Shown here: positions 29,131 through 40,680 of the stretch, piece by piece
How the letters are laid out: every line of letters starts with the position of its first letter
Numbering within the stretch: the first letter of the stretch is position 1
NCBI RefSeq assembly: GCF_009914755.1
Contig: NC_060931.1
Source: the human T2T-CHM13v2.0 reference genome, Homo sapiens
Strand: one strand, 5' to 3'
DNA: 64,000 bases
Notes under the pieces: generated by a model
The model's database searches: none
Told to the model about the DNA's origin: nothing
What the model saw: only the letters and a program-made list of their open reading frames with translations
Program-made: the position numbers and the translations under genes

Positions 29131-30679
29131 AGTACACCTTGCATTGGTTTGGAACTCTTAGTAAAGGTTTCAAAAACTCAGAATAGATTAGGGAAAATAC
29201 AACAGTTTCCATGAATGTTGAGTGTTCTCAGTGGCTGAAGAAAAATATCTACCAAGAAAGTGAAAACAGCAACAGAGGTTCTGGTGAAACCAGTGGCTCA
29301 TTGTGACTTAATCCTTAGGAACAAGCCAAGACTCCTGTTTCCCCCTGCCTGGTGCTGACTGCTGCAGTAGAAGCAGCGGCGCAGTGCAGGTTAATTGTTG
29401 GGTAAGTGTGTTTAGCAGCTTCCACTCCTGGGGCTCATTAACCACAAAGGCGACAAACATCACAGAAATGGTATAAGTCACCTAGAGAAAAACTGGCTAG
29501 CAACACCAGGCTCATGCTCCCAAGCCCAGAGGTACATTACATGTTTCCTTCAGAGGAATCTTTTAGTGTTGTCACAAAACTATCAGAGCTGTTAGAAAAA
29601 AAAGACAGTTGAATCTTTATATTTCCTTAGCTGCCTGGTACCATCATGTGTGTACTACATATTTTGAAAAGAGGCTTGAGATGTCATGAAACCCACAAAG
29701 TATTTTATAATTATTATTTTGTATAAAGTCCTCCCTAATTGTCCTCCTAATGTCTGAGATGACTCTACTCGTTTGAAAATTGCTTAATTTGCCAAAGGAC
29801 ATTTTATAAGACATAGGCCTGCAAAGCTAGTCTTACCTCTGAGGAAAGAGAGAAGAATGCACTCTTACATGTTTTGAGGAAAGGGGATTTTTGTGTATTC
29901 CTTCAACAAAGTTATTTGGAGCAGCTGTTGTGTCTAAGTAACTACTGGGAGGCTAAGGAAATTAGAGGAATAGATGGTATGGTCCTTTTCTTGAAGAAGG
30001 CCAGAGTCATATCTGCAATAATCAGAACAGGACTGGCTGCCATATAGATATGTTTGATGCACGTCACCATCTTGCGTGGGCCATCCTCAATCGTTACCCC
30101 CACTGAAGTCCCTTCTGCCCTCAAAAGAAACAAGCAAACACAAACAAATAATTTGAGGAGGAAAAAAATCAAAGATAGAATACCACAGAAAACATTTAAA
30201 GTTCAACTTATTTTAGAGCCCAAGATTCCAGACTCATTTTGATGTATGGATCATCTTATGGTAGCTTGTTGATGAAAGTGAAAGTCATGAAAATCAGAAT
30301 TTCTAGAAGGAGAGAAAAGATAAATTAGCTGCATGGTGCATACTTTTTGAGTAAATCTATTAGATTATATCTCCAGATCTGCTGCTTACCTGCTATAGTA
30401 ACTATATTTTGCAGCCACTGTGAGTTTTCATTTTCTTCATATGGGTCTAACAGTACCTGCTCTGCCCGCCTGGGAAGGTTTATATGAAAATAAAATGAGA
30501 TATAAAATATAACATACTCCATAAATGAATTCTTTTTGGAGGGAATACTGGGTGAGAGGATGAGGCTTTAGCCTTCAGTTAATTTTTCTTTAGCAGTTCA
30601 TTTGTTTGTTCAGGTAATATAGAAATAGAGAGTAATGCCAAGTGATTTCTTACCTCAGAAGCTGGAAAGATCTTTATCA

Positions 30680-31219
30680 AACCCCTGACATGCATCACTT
30701 AGGATCCTTTCTGTACTACCTGCTTCTAACTCCAGCCACTGCTGTGGTGACAGTTGTGCACAGGTTCTGATAAAATTCACCCTGACAGTGATGTACTAAA
30801 TGCCCTGACTTTGCATCTTACTCCAAAAACTTCTATGGTAATACAGAAGTTTAGAGCACCACAGGACTCTGTTAGGTACCCATGCAAATACCTGAACGTG
30901 CAAGGGAGTTAGCATCCCCATGAGATGAAAATTTGACCCATGGGAGGCAGGAGCCCGTGGATTAATTTATTTTCCCTTTCTCCCGCTAGAGAGACTGCCC
31001 TGAGAAGCAGTTATAGGTCTTCTCAGAGGATGGTCTTGCAACATCAAGCAGTAAGTTGAGCTTAGCAACAACTAGCTTGATCAGCATTCTTGCATTTTCT
31101 TTCACTCTTTGCTGCTTTTGTAATCCGTATTCCTCATTCTGGGTTATATGCCCTAATAAGGTAGTACAATGTAAATCTTTGGTTCAGGCTCTGCTTTCTG
31201 GGGAGGCAAGACTAAGACA
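30680..31219 (+). mobile_element. LTR16-family 5' LTR (ERVL)
   Basis: caagggagttagcatcccc...tgacccatgggaggcaggagcc and end caggctctgctttctggggaggcaagactaagaca match recalled LTR16. Confidence 0.75.
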
Positions 31220-31576
31220 ATTAATGCCGAATGACTTCAGAAAGCAGCTCCTCAGGAAGGTATTTTGTACCTGGGTTATAAAGGTCCCATTGCTGGGGAG
31301 GTGTAGTAGGGATAATACTAGCATGTAGTAGCATTATAACTAAGACTTTCACCTGTGGTTAATTGGGTTGAGGTGCAGGTGGCAAATGGAGGGGCCATCA
31401 TGGTTAAAAGCATGGATAAAATGATAATTATAGAAAGGAGATGACTGCTGTTAACTACACTGGAAGTCTTGGAAAATTTTTTAAAAAAGACCCAGAGAAG
31501 TCGACAGTCAAGTCAAGCCATGCTATGAAAGTCAGAGATCCTCTATGGCAGCTGCAATGGAAACTGTCATCTCATC

Positions 31577-33366
31577 GGAAGCCGATCGAAATCCAGAAAG
31601 ACACAATCCTAAATGCCATAATCCTGAACGTTGAAATCCTGTAAGAGCAAAATCTCAAAAACATAATTCTGGAAAAAATAATTAAAAATTCTTTAAAAGA
31701 TATGTATTTGCATTGTTGAAAGGAGATTTATTTGAGAAACATATAAAAACATTACAGAACATTTCATAGATTATTTCACACAATAGAATAGAATAGAATA
31801 GGTAAAAATAACAAATATTTTTGTAAGCACAAACACTCAGCTATACTAATGTTACATAGGTGTAACAGTTATAAGCAGATGAACCATATTCATTAAGAAC
31901 TAGGTCAAAAAGGGAAATGTATGAACACATATCACTATGATCAGTAAGTGCGTGCAACCAGATTTATATCTGCAGTCATCTGAAATACTGTGACAGATAA
32001 TCTAAATCTTTTGATGAGATCGATCAAAAACCACAGTGGGTCACCCAGTGCATATGCAGTCACCCGAAGAGCTGAGATCTTGAGAAATTTTATTTTTCAC
32101 AAGCATAGATATGCTAAAAGGGTATCTCTTCATTTATTGAGGAAGTTTCAATGTTTTTATGTAGACCTACAATGCTTTCACACAAAGTCAGCATTGTGAT
32201 AAGGCACTTTCATTTTTTTGTGTCAAAAACGCATAAAATGAATTAGAACTCTAAAGTCTCTACACAATTTATATCTCCAGTATTGAAAATGATGAGAAAA
32301 TGAAATATGTAGCATAGAGAATGGTAAAAAAAAAATGCTGATTGTAAAAAAAATGCTGACAATTTAAACTAGTTTAAAAAAACTAAAAAGAAAAGAAAAG
32401 AAAAAAAGACTCCCCCCAAACCAGAAAATTCTGATATATAAAAAAGTGCATTACAGGGAAATCTGGCTTTCAGGACTTCAACATTCAGAATTTTAATGTT
32501 TTGGGATTGTAATTTTTAAGATTTTAGATGTTTAGATTATGGGCAATTGCACAGAGGTAGTCCATAAGAGCTGACAAACTTTTATGATCAGGAACTATAT
32601 TTTGAATTCTTGCATCATGATGAATAGCTGCTTTGTTTCCCTTTTTTTTTTTTTAGGGCAGTATTCTCCTTGGAGAAATGTTCACATTCTTTTTCTACAT
32701 GGACCTGCTATTTTTGAAATTCTTCTATATGATTAGCTGTACATCAACATGAACGTTCCCTGTTAAATTTTCCCATCTTCTGTGCCATTATTCTATGCTG
32801 TTTTGGGTACTCAAAATTCCATTCTGAATACACTCATATTCAGACCGCAAATTCGGTGAAAGAACTGGTGATCAAACAGCAACACTGTTGCATAAGTGTC
32901 TTCTTATCCTACCATGAACATAATTATTTTTGAACCAGTTAGTAACTTCCCTAGCTTCTTCAGGCAAATGTGACTTTTATTAAAAGCTCCTGGAAAGTCA
33001 TAGATGAAAGGAATGTCAATGCAGGAAAGTGATGCACTTTGGAGCTGAAGTTTTCGTTGTTGCCATATCATGTGGCCAATCACTTGTGTGAATTTTTCCC
33101 CAAATGCAAATAAAGACACAAAAGGTAATAGTTCTGCCTAACATGATGCAACTAACATGATGTAACTATCCTGCATACAACCAAAAATGCTCTAATCCCT
33201 TCCCTAGAATCTGGCTTTCAGGACTTCAACATTCAGAATTTTAATGTTTTGGGATTGTAATTTTTAAGATTTTAGATGTTAGGGATTTTGATCTTTAGGG
33301 ATTTCAAAATTTGAGATTATGACATTTATTTCAAGATTGTGTCTTTTGGGATTATGATCCCGATCC
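31577..33366. mobile_element. Ricksha (MULE/MuDR DNA transposon), non-autonomous/decayed
   Basis: Long subterminal inverted repeats (aaagacacaatcc... / ...gattgtgtcttttgggattatgatcc); about 9-bp TSD catctcatc / catttcatg; minus-strand transposase remnant near 32660-32860 (TQNSIE*WHRRWENL). Confidence 0.85.
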
Positions 33367-34577
33367 ATTTCATGGAACCACAGAGAAGACCATGCTAAAA
33401 ATCAAGCCCAGGATTTAACTGTAAAAGTACACAACCACAAAGGAGAGTGAATGCACAGGTTCAACAGATCTCCTATATCAAAGTCAGGACCTCAATAAGA
33501 AAAGAGTGGATGGGAAAATTTGGGTGAACCAGCTGGTAATCTTGAACTACCAGATTCCTGTAAACCCTCCTCCTAGGGCCCTTCTTGGAGGAGAGCAGTG
33601 GCTGCCTGCCTGGAGACTGTTCAAGGACTCCCCTCTAAAGCAGGTGCCTCATAAGATAATTGTCTCTTTGAGATCTGCCTCCAGTATTCCTCATTCCCTC
33701 TAGACTGTTGACCAAGGAGAAATCTCAGCCTAGCCTAAGCACCATTTCCGGAGGAAATAGCTTGCCTGCCAAAAGAACTGCAGAAACTAGTTCAAATGAT
33801 CTGGTAAGAGTAGAGGGCTTTATACGTGGAACTGGAGCTGGAGGGTCTTGGACTGGGGTGAGGAAATCAGAATATGAGGCTGGACAGAGGAAAGTTTACT
33901 AACATGGAGGCACCTAGCCATGCTCAGAATTTGATGCCCTATAAAGATCCCCTGGAGCTCATCCTAATTGTCTGTTGAGATGTGTCTTAAGACTTGGTAA
34001 AGAGAATGTTTACATCAACTGCTATGGTAGAAAATCACCTTCCCATCACCCTTTTTCCAGACCTAAATCAGCTCATAGATCCAGATTTCAGTGATTGATG
34101 TGGAAGCCAGGATCCCTTGAGGAAGGACGGTTCCATGCCACCACCAGTATATATAGTACATCTTCCTTTGATTCTTTCCCCAAATGTACTTGCAGCAGGG
34201 TAACTTTGCACTGTTGGAAGGGGAAAACCCAGACTTTTCAAAGGCTGTTAGGTAAGGAGTTGGGGCTGAATGATACCAAATGAACTGAAATACTATCAAA
34301 GATCTCTGGTTAGAGTGGGAGCCCATCTGGACACAATGAGAACGGAATTTTGGGCCAAGTTTGCTTCACAGTGTGTTAGTGTTCACAGATCTGTCCTGAG
34401 GTTATTGCCCACATCCTGAGTGTGTGTAACTGAGTTAAATATATTTATCAGGTGATAGAGCCCTCACACTTGTTCCCAGATTTGTAGTATAAGGGATATT
34501 ATGAGGGAAGGGCCAAGTAGAAGTCCCTGAAACTGCCTCTATCCCCATCTAAGACCATATATCAGAAGCAACACTGC

Positions 34578-34860
34578 ATGCCAGGAGGAATTGCAGAGAT
34601 TAGTGACACAATCAAACACTTGAAGAATACAAGGGTGATGGTTTCCATCATATCCCTGGTTCAATTTTTTCTACATGCTCATTTATGGGCATACCTAGCC
34701 CTGGAAAATCCTGAGAGCTCATGGTGGATGATGGTGAATTATCATAAACATAACCAGATGTTAACGCCAATGGTATCTGCTGTGCCAGATGTGCTATCTT
34801 TACTGCAAGTGGATTAGCAGGCCTCTGGTACTAGGTATGTGATGATCTGGCAGATGTGTC
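34578..34860 (+). pseudogene. ERV-L pol (reverse transcriptase N-terminal) remnant
   Basis: PGGIAEISDTIKHLK...SWWMMVNYHKHNQMLTPMVSAVPDVLSLL resembles ERV-L PGGIAEISATIKDLK...SWRMTVDYRKLNQVVTPIAAAVPDVVSLL (recalled). Confidence 0.85.
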
Positions 34861-35214
34861 TTTCTCAATGCTCATAAGGAGGAAGGATCAAAACAGCTTA
34901 CATTCACATTGTAGAAACAACAACTCATTTGCAAAATTTGTGTTTTCTGTCCCCACACTCTAAGGTCCTGGTTTCCACTGCAGGGCTGAGAAGGGGAAGA
35001 GTCTTTTCCGAAACCAGGTGCACAGAAAGGGCTCCACCAAATTCGAAGCTTCAACTACCACATTTAGGCTCCTTGCGCTAGTGGACCAGAAGGCAAAGAA
35101 ATGAATTACTATATTGGCAATGGTAATCAACCCTGACTAATATGGGGAGCTAGAGCTGCTGCTATACAATGCAGACAGGCAGGAGTATGTCCCGTATCAA
35201 TGAGATGCACTTAA

Positions 35215-35378
35215 TGGCAGCTCTTTTGATTACACATACTCATATCGGCTCCTCCTCCTTCCCTGCTTCATTCTGGTTGTCCCTCCCTGCATCTCCCTGA
35301 AATTGCACCCCCTAACAAAATAGTAATACAAAATCCTTTGCCTTGGGCTCCACTTTCAGGAAAACCCAGGCTCAGGCT
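35215..35378 (+). mobile_element. LTR16-like 3' LTR remnant
   Basis: ctccttccctgcttcattc...aatcctttgccttgggctccactttcaggaaaacccaggct parallels the end of the 5' LTR. Confidence 0.6.
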
Positions 35379-35439
35379 GCTGTAACACTCATAGGTTCAA
35401 ACGTACCTGTTGCACTTAGAGAACACATATACCAGACAT

Positions 35440-35630
35440 TTTACATATTTCATTTCACTTAACCTTCACATCAATCTTGAGAGGTAAAATAATTATTTCT
35501 GTTTTACAGATAAGGAGACAGGATCAGCTAAGTCCAAGGACTTTCCAGAGGACCACCAGTTTATGTGTAGTACAGCCAGGTTTTGAATCAGGAAATGTCC
35601 AACTCCAAAGCTCAGTCTCTGTCCTCTATA
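35440..35630 (-). mobile_element. MIR
   Basis: tgttttacagataaggagac...gccaggttttgaatcagg...actccaaagc. Confidence 0.75.
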
Positions 35631-36759
35631 TCTCATGGCTTAGGTCAGCAATAATAAAAATGAATGCTCAGAAAGAAGACAATTCCTCCTCTTATGTCAC
35701 TCTGACATAATCCCCTTTGCATTATTAGTGGTTGGTGTTCACTTCAAGATTTTGTTTTTCTTTTTAATTTAGTACACACTGTATTGTTTAACAGGTAAGT
35801 ACTGTAGGAAAGTTGAAGGGAACAATAGATTATTTTCCAGGAACCTACTTAGGGTTCTATCATTCTGAAATGGGTGATAGAGGAAATTGGAGTATCCTCC
35901 TTTTTAAAAATCAGGATTTAAGAAGTAAATACGAAGATAAAGTACAAAGTCAACTCATTAAAATATTTTCTGTTTCAGAAAATAATTTGTTTTAAAATAA
36001 ATTCAACACAATAAGCGGCATGAAAGAAGAAAAATGCAAAACCTTGTTATATAATTTCAAGTTTGATTATGTCACCAAATAAACTAAATGGCAATAGAGT
36101 AGAAAGAAATATAATCCAGAAAGGAAGTGAGAAAGGTTAAAGAAGTCAACAGTAATTAAATGGTGACCGAAGCCAAATGGAAATAGATCTGTATTAGCTG
36201 AAGGCCATTCCTGTCTTTTAGAATGTTATGCATCAGTGAAGAGAGAAAAGAAAGGTTTCTGCTATTTTGACATAAAAATATGTCATTTCTGAGTCAAGGT
36301 TGCTAATTCAAGAAAGCAGTAAATTCTCAGTACACACATTTTAATAATCCACACCTGCTGGCAGGTATTGAAATAGATAAGATCCTGTAATAAGTCTCCG
36401 TGGGGCTATAAGTCATAAGAACTTCATTTGTTACTGGCTGTTTACCCTTGTGAAAGCTTAAGGCAGATTGACTCAATCCAATGCAAATAGAGGTGAAAGT
36501 GACAGCTCTAGCTATTAGCTGATATAGCCTCTGATGGATGGTCATCTGTCCCCAGGGATGTATCTGCTCAATAGGGACTCAGCTGACAGCAGGAGGCTGA
36601 AAAAACTTGTGCTCTACTTACAATTCTGTCATGGTGTTGCTTCTGGATATTAGGGCTTTCTGATTTAACGTATCTAATAGGAAACAAAGCTGAGTGATGT
36701 TTATAATTTGTATTATGAATGCTAACATTACAGTCAATCATTATTATAAATTATGAAGA

Positions 36760-36950
36760 CAGTGACTACCATTAATTCAGTGCCTACTTTATTCTGGGTC
36801 TTTAAAATTGCCGTACTTACAACACTGCAAGGTAAGTGTTATTATTCTCACTTTCTACATAAGGAAAGCTCAGAAGAAATAAGCAACTTGCCTAAGACAA
36901 AGGCTGAGATAATTAAGTTAACCTACATTCCTCTCTGTTTTGTCCATTAT
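36760..36950 (-). mobile_element. MIR
   Basis: tattattctcactttctacataaggaaagctcagaagaaataagcaacttgcctaag. Confidence 0.7.
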
Positions 36951-37214
36951 ACAACGTGGCTGCTGATTCTCTTCCAGGAGTCTAGATAAGCATGGGCAGA
37001 CTTCAGTAAAAATCTTACATGTTATGGAAGACATATTACCGAGTGGAGTTAATAGGCATGCTTGGAGTGGTGAATAAACAAGATTTAGGTCATTGCCATA
37101 GAGCATGGCTGAATCAACAATAACAGCAACAAAAATAAGAGTTGATTCACTGTGATATGTGGGCCACAATCTTTATGAATTGATGGAAAAAATGCACGGT
37201 CAATCCTAGAAGGC

Positions 37215-37330
37215 CACTCATTCATTGAACATACATTTGTTGAGTATGTTCTAGGTCCTAGAGTTGTGCCAGGTGCTGGAGTTGAGGAAAGTAAGAAAAA
37301 GTTAATACAGTTCTCAATGACATAGCTAGA
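37215..37330 (-). mobile_element. L2 3' end
   Basis: cattcattgaacatacatttgttgagtatg...gtgccaggtgctgga. Confidence 0.7.
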
Positions 37331-37550
37331 AGGAGTTCTGATAGTAGTAGTACTCATCAAATCAGAATGTCGTTGTGCTTATGGTAACTCCTCTAATTTT
37401 TAGCAGTCAGTCCAAAACAGATGGTGGGATAGGGCAAGTATTTTAACCTGAATAAAGTTTCTAGATCAACATTTTGATTCTCAAGGTAATTCTTGGCTGA
37501 AAGCACCTGGAAGTCTAGGTTCTCTTTATAGACTGTCATAGAACAAACAC

Positions 37551-37968
37551 CGTGGCAGAAACTGCAGTTTATCACCAAGCCTATCTCCTCTTCTTTCTGG
37601 GCACATGATTAGAACACATTTCCGAACCTCCCTTACAGTTGGATGTGGACAAATGACTGAGTTTTTGCCAGTAGGAAGTCAGTGAACATAATGGGCACCA
37701 TGTCTTCCCCTGGTCCATGGACATTCTCCATGGAGCTTATCTCCATGTTTCTTCCCTGGTCTCCATCTTAATGCAGATGAGCCTAGTGACCCTAAAACCA
37801 CATGTTAAAGATATCAGAGCCATACATAGAAAGAACCTGTGATGCTGAGTGGCGACTTGGAAGGCCACCCTTCTTGGAATCCCACATTGAACAATTATAT
37901 GAGGAAGAAATCAAGTTAAGACGCTGAAATTTTGGGAGTTACTACAGCAGTTAGCATTACTTTAATAC
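37551..37968 (+). mobile_element. MaLR solo LTR (MLT1, MLT1I/J-like)
   Basis: cctcccttacagttggatgtggacaaatgactgagtt core and end gctgaaattttgggagttactacagcag...taataca. Confidence 0.75.
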
Positions 37969-38183
37969 AAATACTAACATATGTATTTGACAATATTTAT
38001 TTGGGCACTATTACATATTTAATTTCCTCTTACTTAATTCTAAATCAACAAGCAGATAATATGATTCTATTATTACATATAGGTCCCCTAATTTCAATAG
38101 TCAGTAATGCATGAGATATTTCACATCACATTTCTGAGATTTTCTCTCTCTCTCTTTTTTTTTTTAGGGGATCAGTAAAGATC

Positions 38184-38504
38184 TTTTTTTTATATATATA
38201 CTTTAAGTTCTAGGGTACATGTACACAACGTGCAGGTTTGTTACATATGTATACATGTGCCATGTTGGTGTGCTGCACCCATTAACTCGTCATTTAACAT
38301 TAGGTATATCTCCTAATGCTATCCCTCCCCCCTCCCCCTGTCCCACAACAGGCTCCGGTGTGTGATGTCCCCCTTCCTGCGTCCATGTGTTCTCATTGTT
38401 CAATTCCCACCTATGAGTGAGAACATGCAGTGTTTGGTTTTTTGTCCTTGCGATAGTTTGCTGAGAATGATGGTTTCCAGCTTCATCCATGTTCCTACAA
38501 AGGA
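38184..38504 (-). mobile_element. Short 5'-truncated L1PA 3' end (about L1PA4-5)
   Basis: ctttaagttctagggtacatgtacacaacgtgcaggtttgttacatatg 3'UTR; truncated at gttcctacaaaggac. Confidence 0.93.
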
Positions 38505-38934
38505 CTCACTGCTGAGTTGTTGTTTCTTTGGACATTTATGTTGTTCTCCACTAGGTTTAGATGGCAAGCAAATAAGTTAATCAACATTTGGGTATTTTAA
38601 AACATGACAGAAAAATATTAGGTTGACAACTTAAAGTTGATGGCTAATGAAAGAGAAATTCTGTGGCCTGGGAAAAGGCTTTCAAGTATTTTGTTTTGAC
38701 TGCCTCAAACTAATGAAAGGAAAGAACACCAGCATCCTGGAGAAACATGGTAGGGACTAGCCTGCAGGAGCAGAATGTGAGATCCCTTGACTGAATTCTG
38801 AGCATCTCAAAGGAAATGACGCTGTTTCCTCAATTCGTTTAAAGATTTGACACAAAGAAAGCTAAGCCAAGTTGCCAGGTAAGCCAAGTCACCAAGTGAA
38901 GAGCAAGACCTCCTGGCCCCTTCCAAATTGAAGG

Positions 38935-39170
38935 CAGCCAGGTGTGGCAAAAAGAGCATGGACTTTGGCATCAAACCCTTCTTTGAATTTTCACTCTTCC
39001 ACTTGCTGCAGTTTCTTTTAACCACCTTGAATTTCAGTTTTCTCACCAGTAAACAGGGAGTGATAATATCCACCTCTCGAAAACCCTGTGAGGGTTAGAG
39101 ACAAACTTTTCGAAGTGCTAATGAATAAACTATCTCTAAGTATGGTAATTAGTATGAGATTTATTATTAA
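38935..39170 (+). mobile_element. MIR
   Basis: aagagcatggactttggcatca...tcagttttctcaccagtaaacagggagtgataatatccacctc. Confidence 0.75.
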
Positions 39171-40588
39171 TTCCTTGTCCTATGTTTGTAAAAAGCACAT
39201 AAAGAAAGCTTGAACCATTTGCACCAAGGTACAATATAAAACAACTAAACATATAAGCTACTGATTTTACAGTTTCCTTTTCTCATTTGTGCCATAGCAA
39301 AATGTAGTTCATTTTATTCTGTGTCATTCAATAATTATGGCAAAATCATGGCAACCATTGCTAATAATCTCTTAGAAATGCTATTCAACAAATAGTTCTC
39401 AAGTGGCTTCAAGACTCAACACTTTGTGCTGGTTTCTAAATATGATGAATCCTGCATTTTATTTGGTTCTCAAGGGTTATTTGTAACCCTCTATTGTCAG
39501 CAAGATAAGGATTACCCTCTCTCAGGAGAACAGAGACTTTTTCTTTTTAACCTTTTAAAGAACTACTTCTAGGACCATTGAGAGATAAAGACATTTGTTG
39601 CTATACCACTATAACCTTATTCAACTCTCAGTATCCCAGAGTGATGAATAGCACACAGAGTAAATGAGCATCTTGTAAAATACTTAGAAGCAATAAGTGG
39701 AAGTTAATTTGTGTAATGTGTATATTTAATTATTTGAAATTTTAGAATAACACTAAACCAATTATTGTAAGAAGTAGCAAAGAATAAAGAAGGGGCAAAT
39801 TAATGAAAGAAGGGGACAAATAATTAACTTTATTTTTGCTTGTCATGAAGTGAATATATTCTAATATTCCCATGACCTGAAGCTTACCACAGACAGTATG
39901 TTTGGTTTGGGCATAGTGTAATTTTAGAATGTAAGATTTCTTGTATTGTGGTAATTTTAGAATGCAAGCTTTCTCAAGGCTGGGACTGTCCAGTCTTGCA
40001 GATGCTTTAAGCTCTCATTAATCAAGGCTTATTCTTTGATTATCCCAATACTTGTGCCATGCCAACCTTGTGGTGGACTATCACCATGATTATCATTAAT
40101 CCTTATTACCAAAAGGATCAGGTTAGACATCCTTTTCATCCCCCACCTGCCCGAATTCCATCCTTGACCTGCTGAAGAAAAACAATGAAGATAGGAAGCT
40201 CTAGTAGGCAGGTTTGTAATACCCAGGCAATATATCATATTAGCAGTAATAGAAACTCCTGTCTTGCCTCTCCCACAAACTACTTGGAAAGGCATTTCTG
40301 CTGTACATCTCTTTGGAGAGCAGTGGTGATCTAAAGAAATGCTTCCTCTTGAAAGAACCCTTTTTATTCACAGTGGAATACTCTTGAATTTTGCAGATCA
40401 TCAAACATACAAAAAAAGGTTTTTTTTTTTAATAGTTGAGGAAATAAGCCTAAAGAAAATGTGTACCTAATCCTATTAGCTGACTTAATATAGAATTATT
40501 AAAAGCCTTGATATACAGGATTTAACACAATCTTTCTAGCAGGGTGTGATGTAATCTGTTTTTGTTCCTCAGCTAGCAGATGGCTTAC

Positions 40589-40680
40589 CTTTAAGTAATT
40601 TCCAATATGTTAAGAGATCAAAAGCCATCCTCTTGCCACCGAGGCAGTAATCGTTCTTCTCCGCTGGGGGTTGCTTGGTC
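40589..40680 (-). other. Candidate 92-nt exon of an unidentified (possibly non-coding) transcript
   Basis: Minus strand: tatccttactacag|GACC...TTAAAG|gtaagc, in repeat-free, relatively CpG-retaining sequence. Confidence 0.3.

Larger units (their letters stand above)
31220..35200 (+). mobile_element. Degraded ERV-L internal region (gag/pro/pol remnants), split by Ricksha
   Basis: Follows the LTR16 directly; RT remnant at 34578-34817; followed by an LTR16-like 3' end. Confidence 0.75.

Noticed and set aside
39918-39974. 33-bp-period imperfect direct repeat gtaattttagaatgYaag
   Set aside because: Two diverged copies only; an ordinary old tandem duplication.
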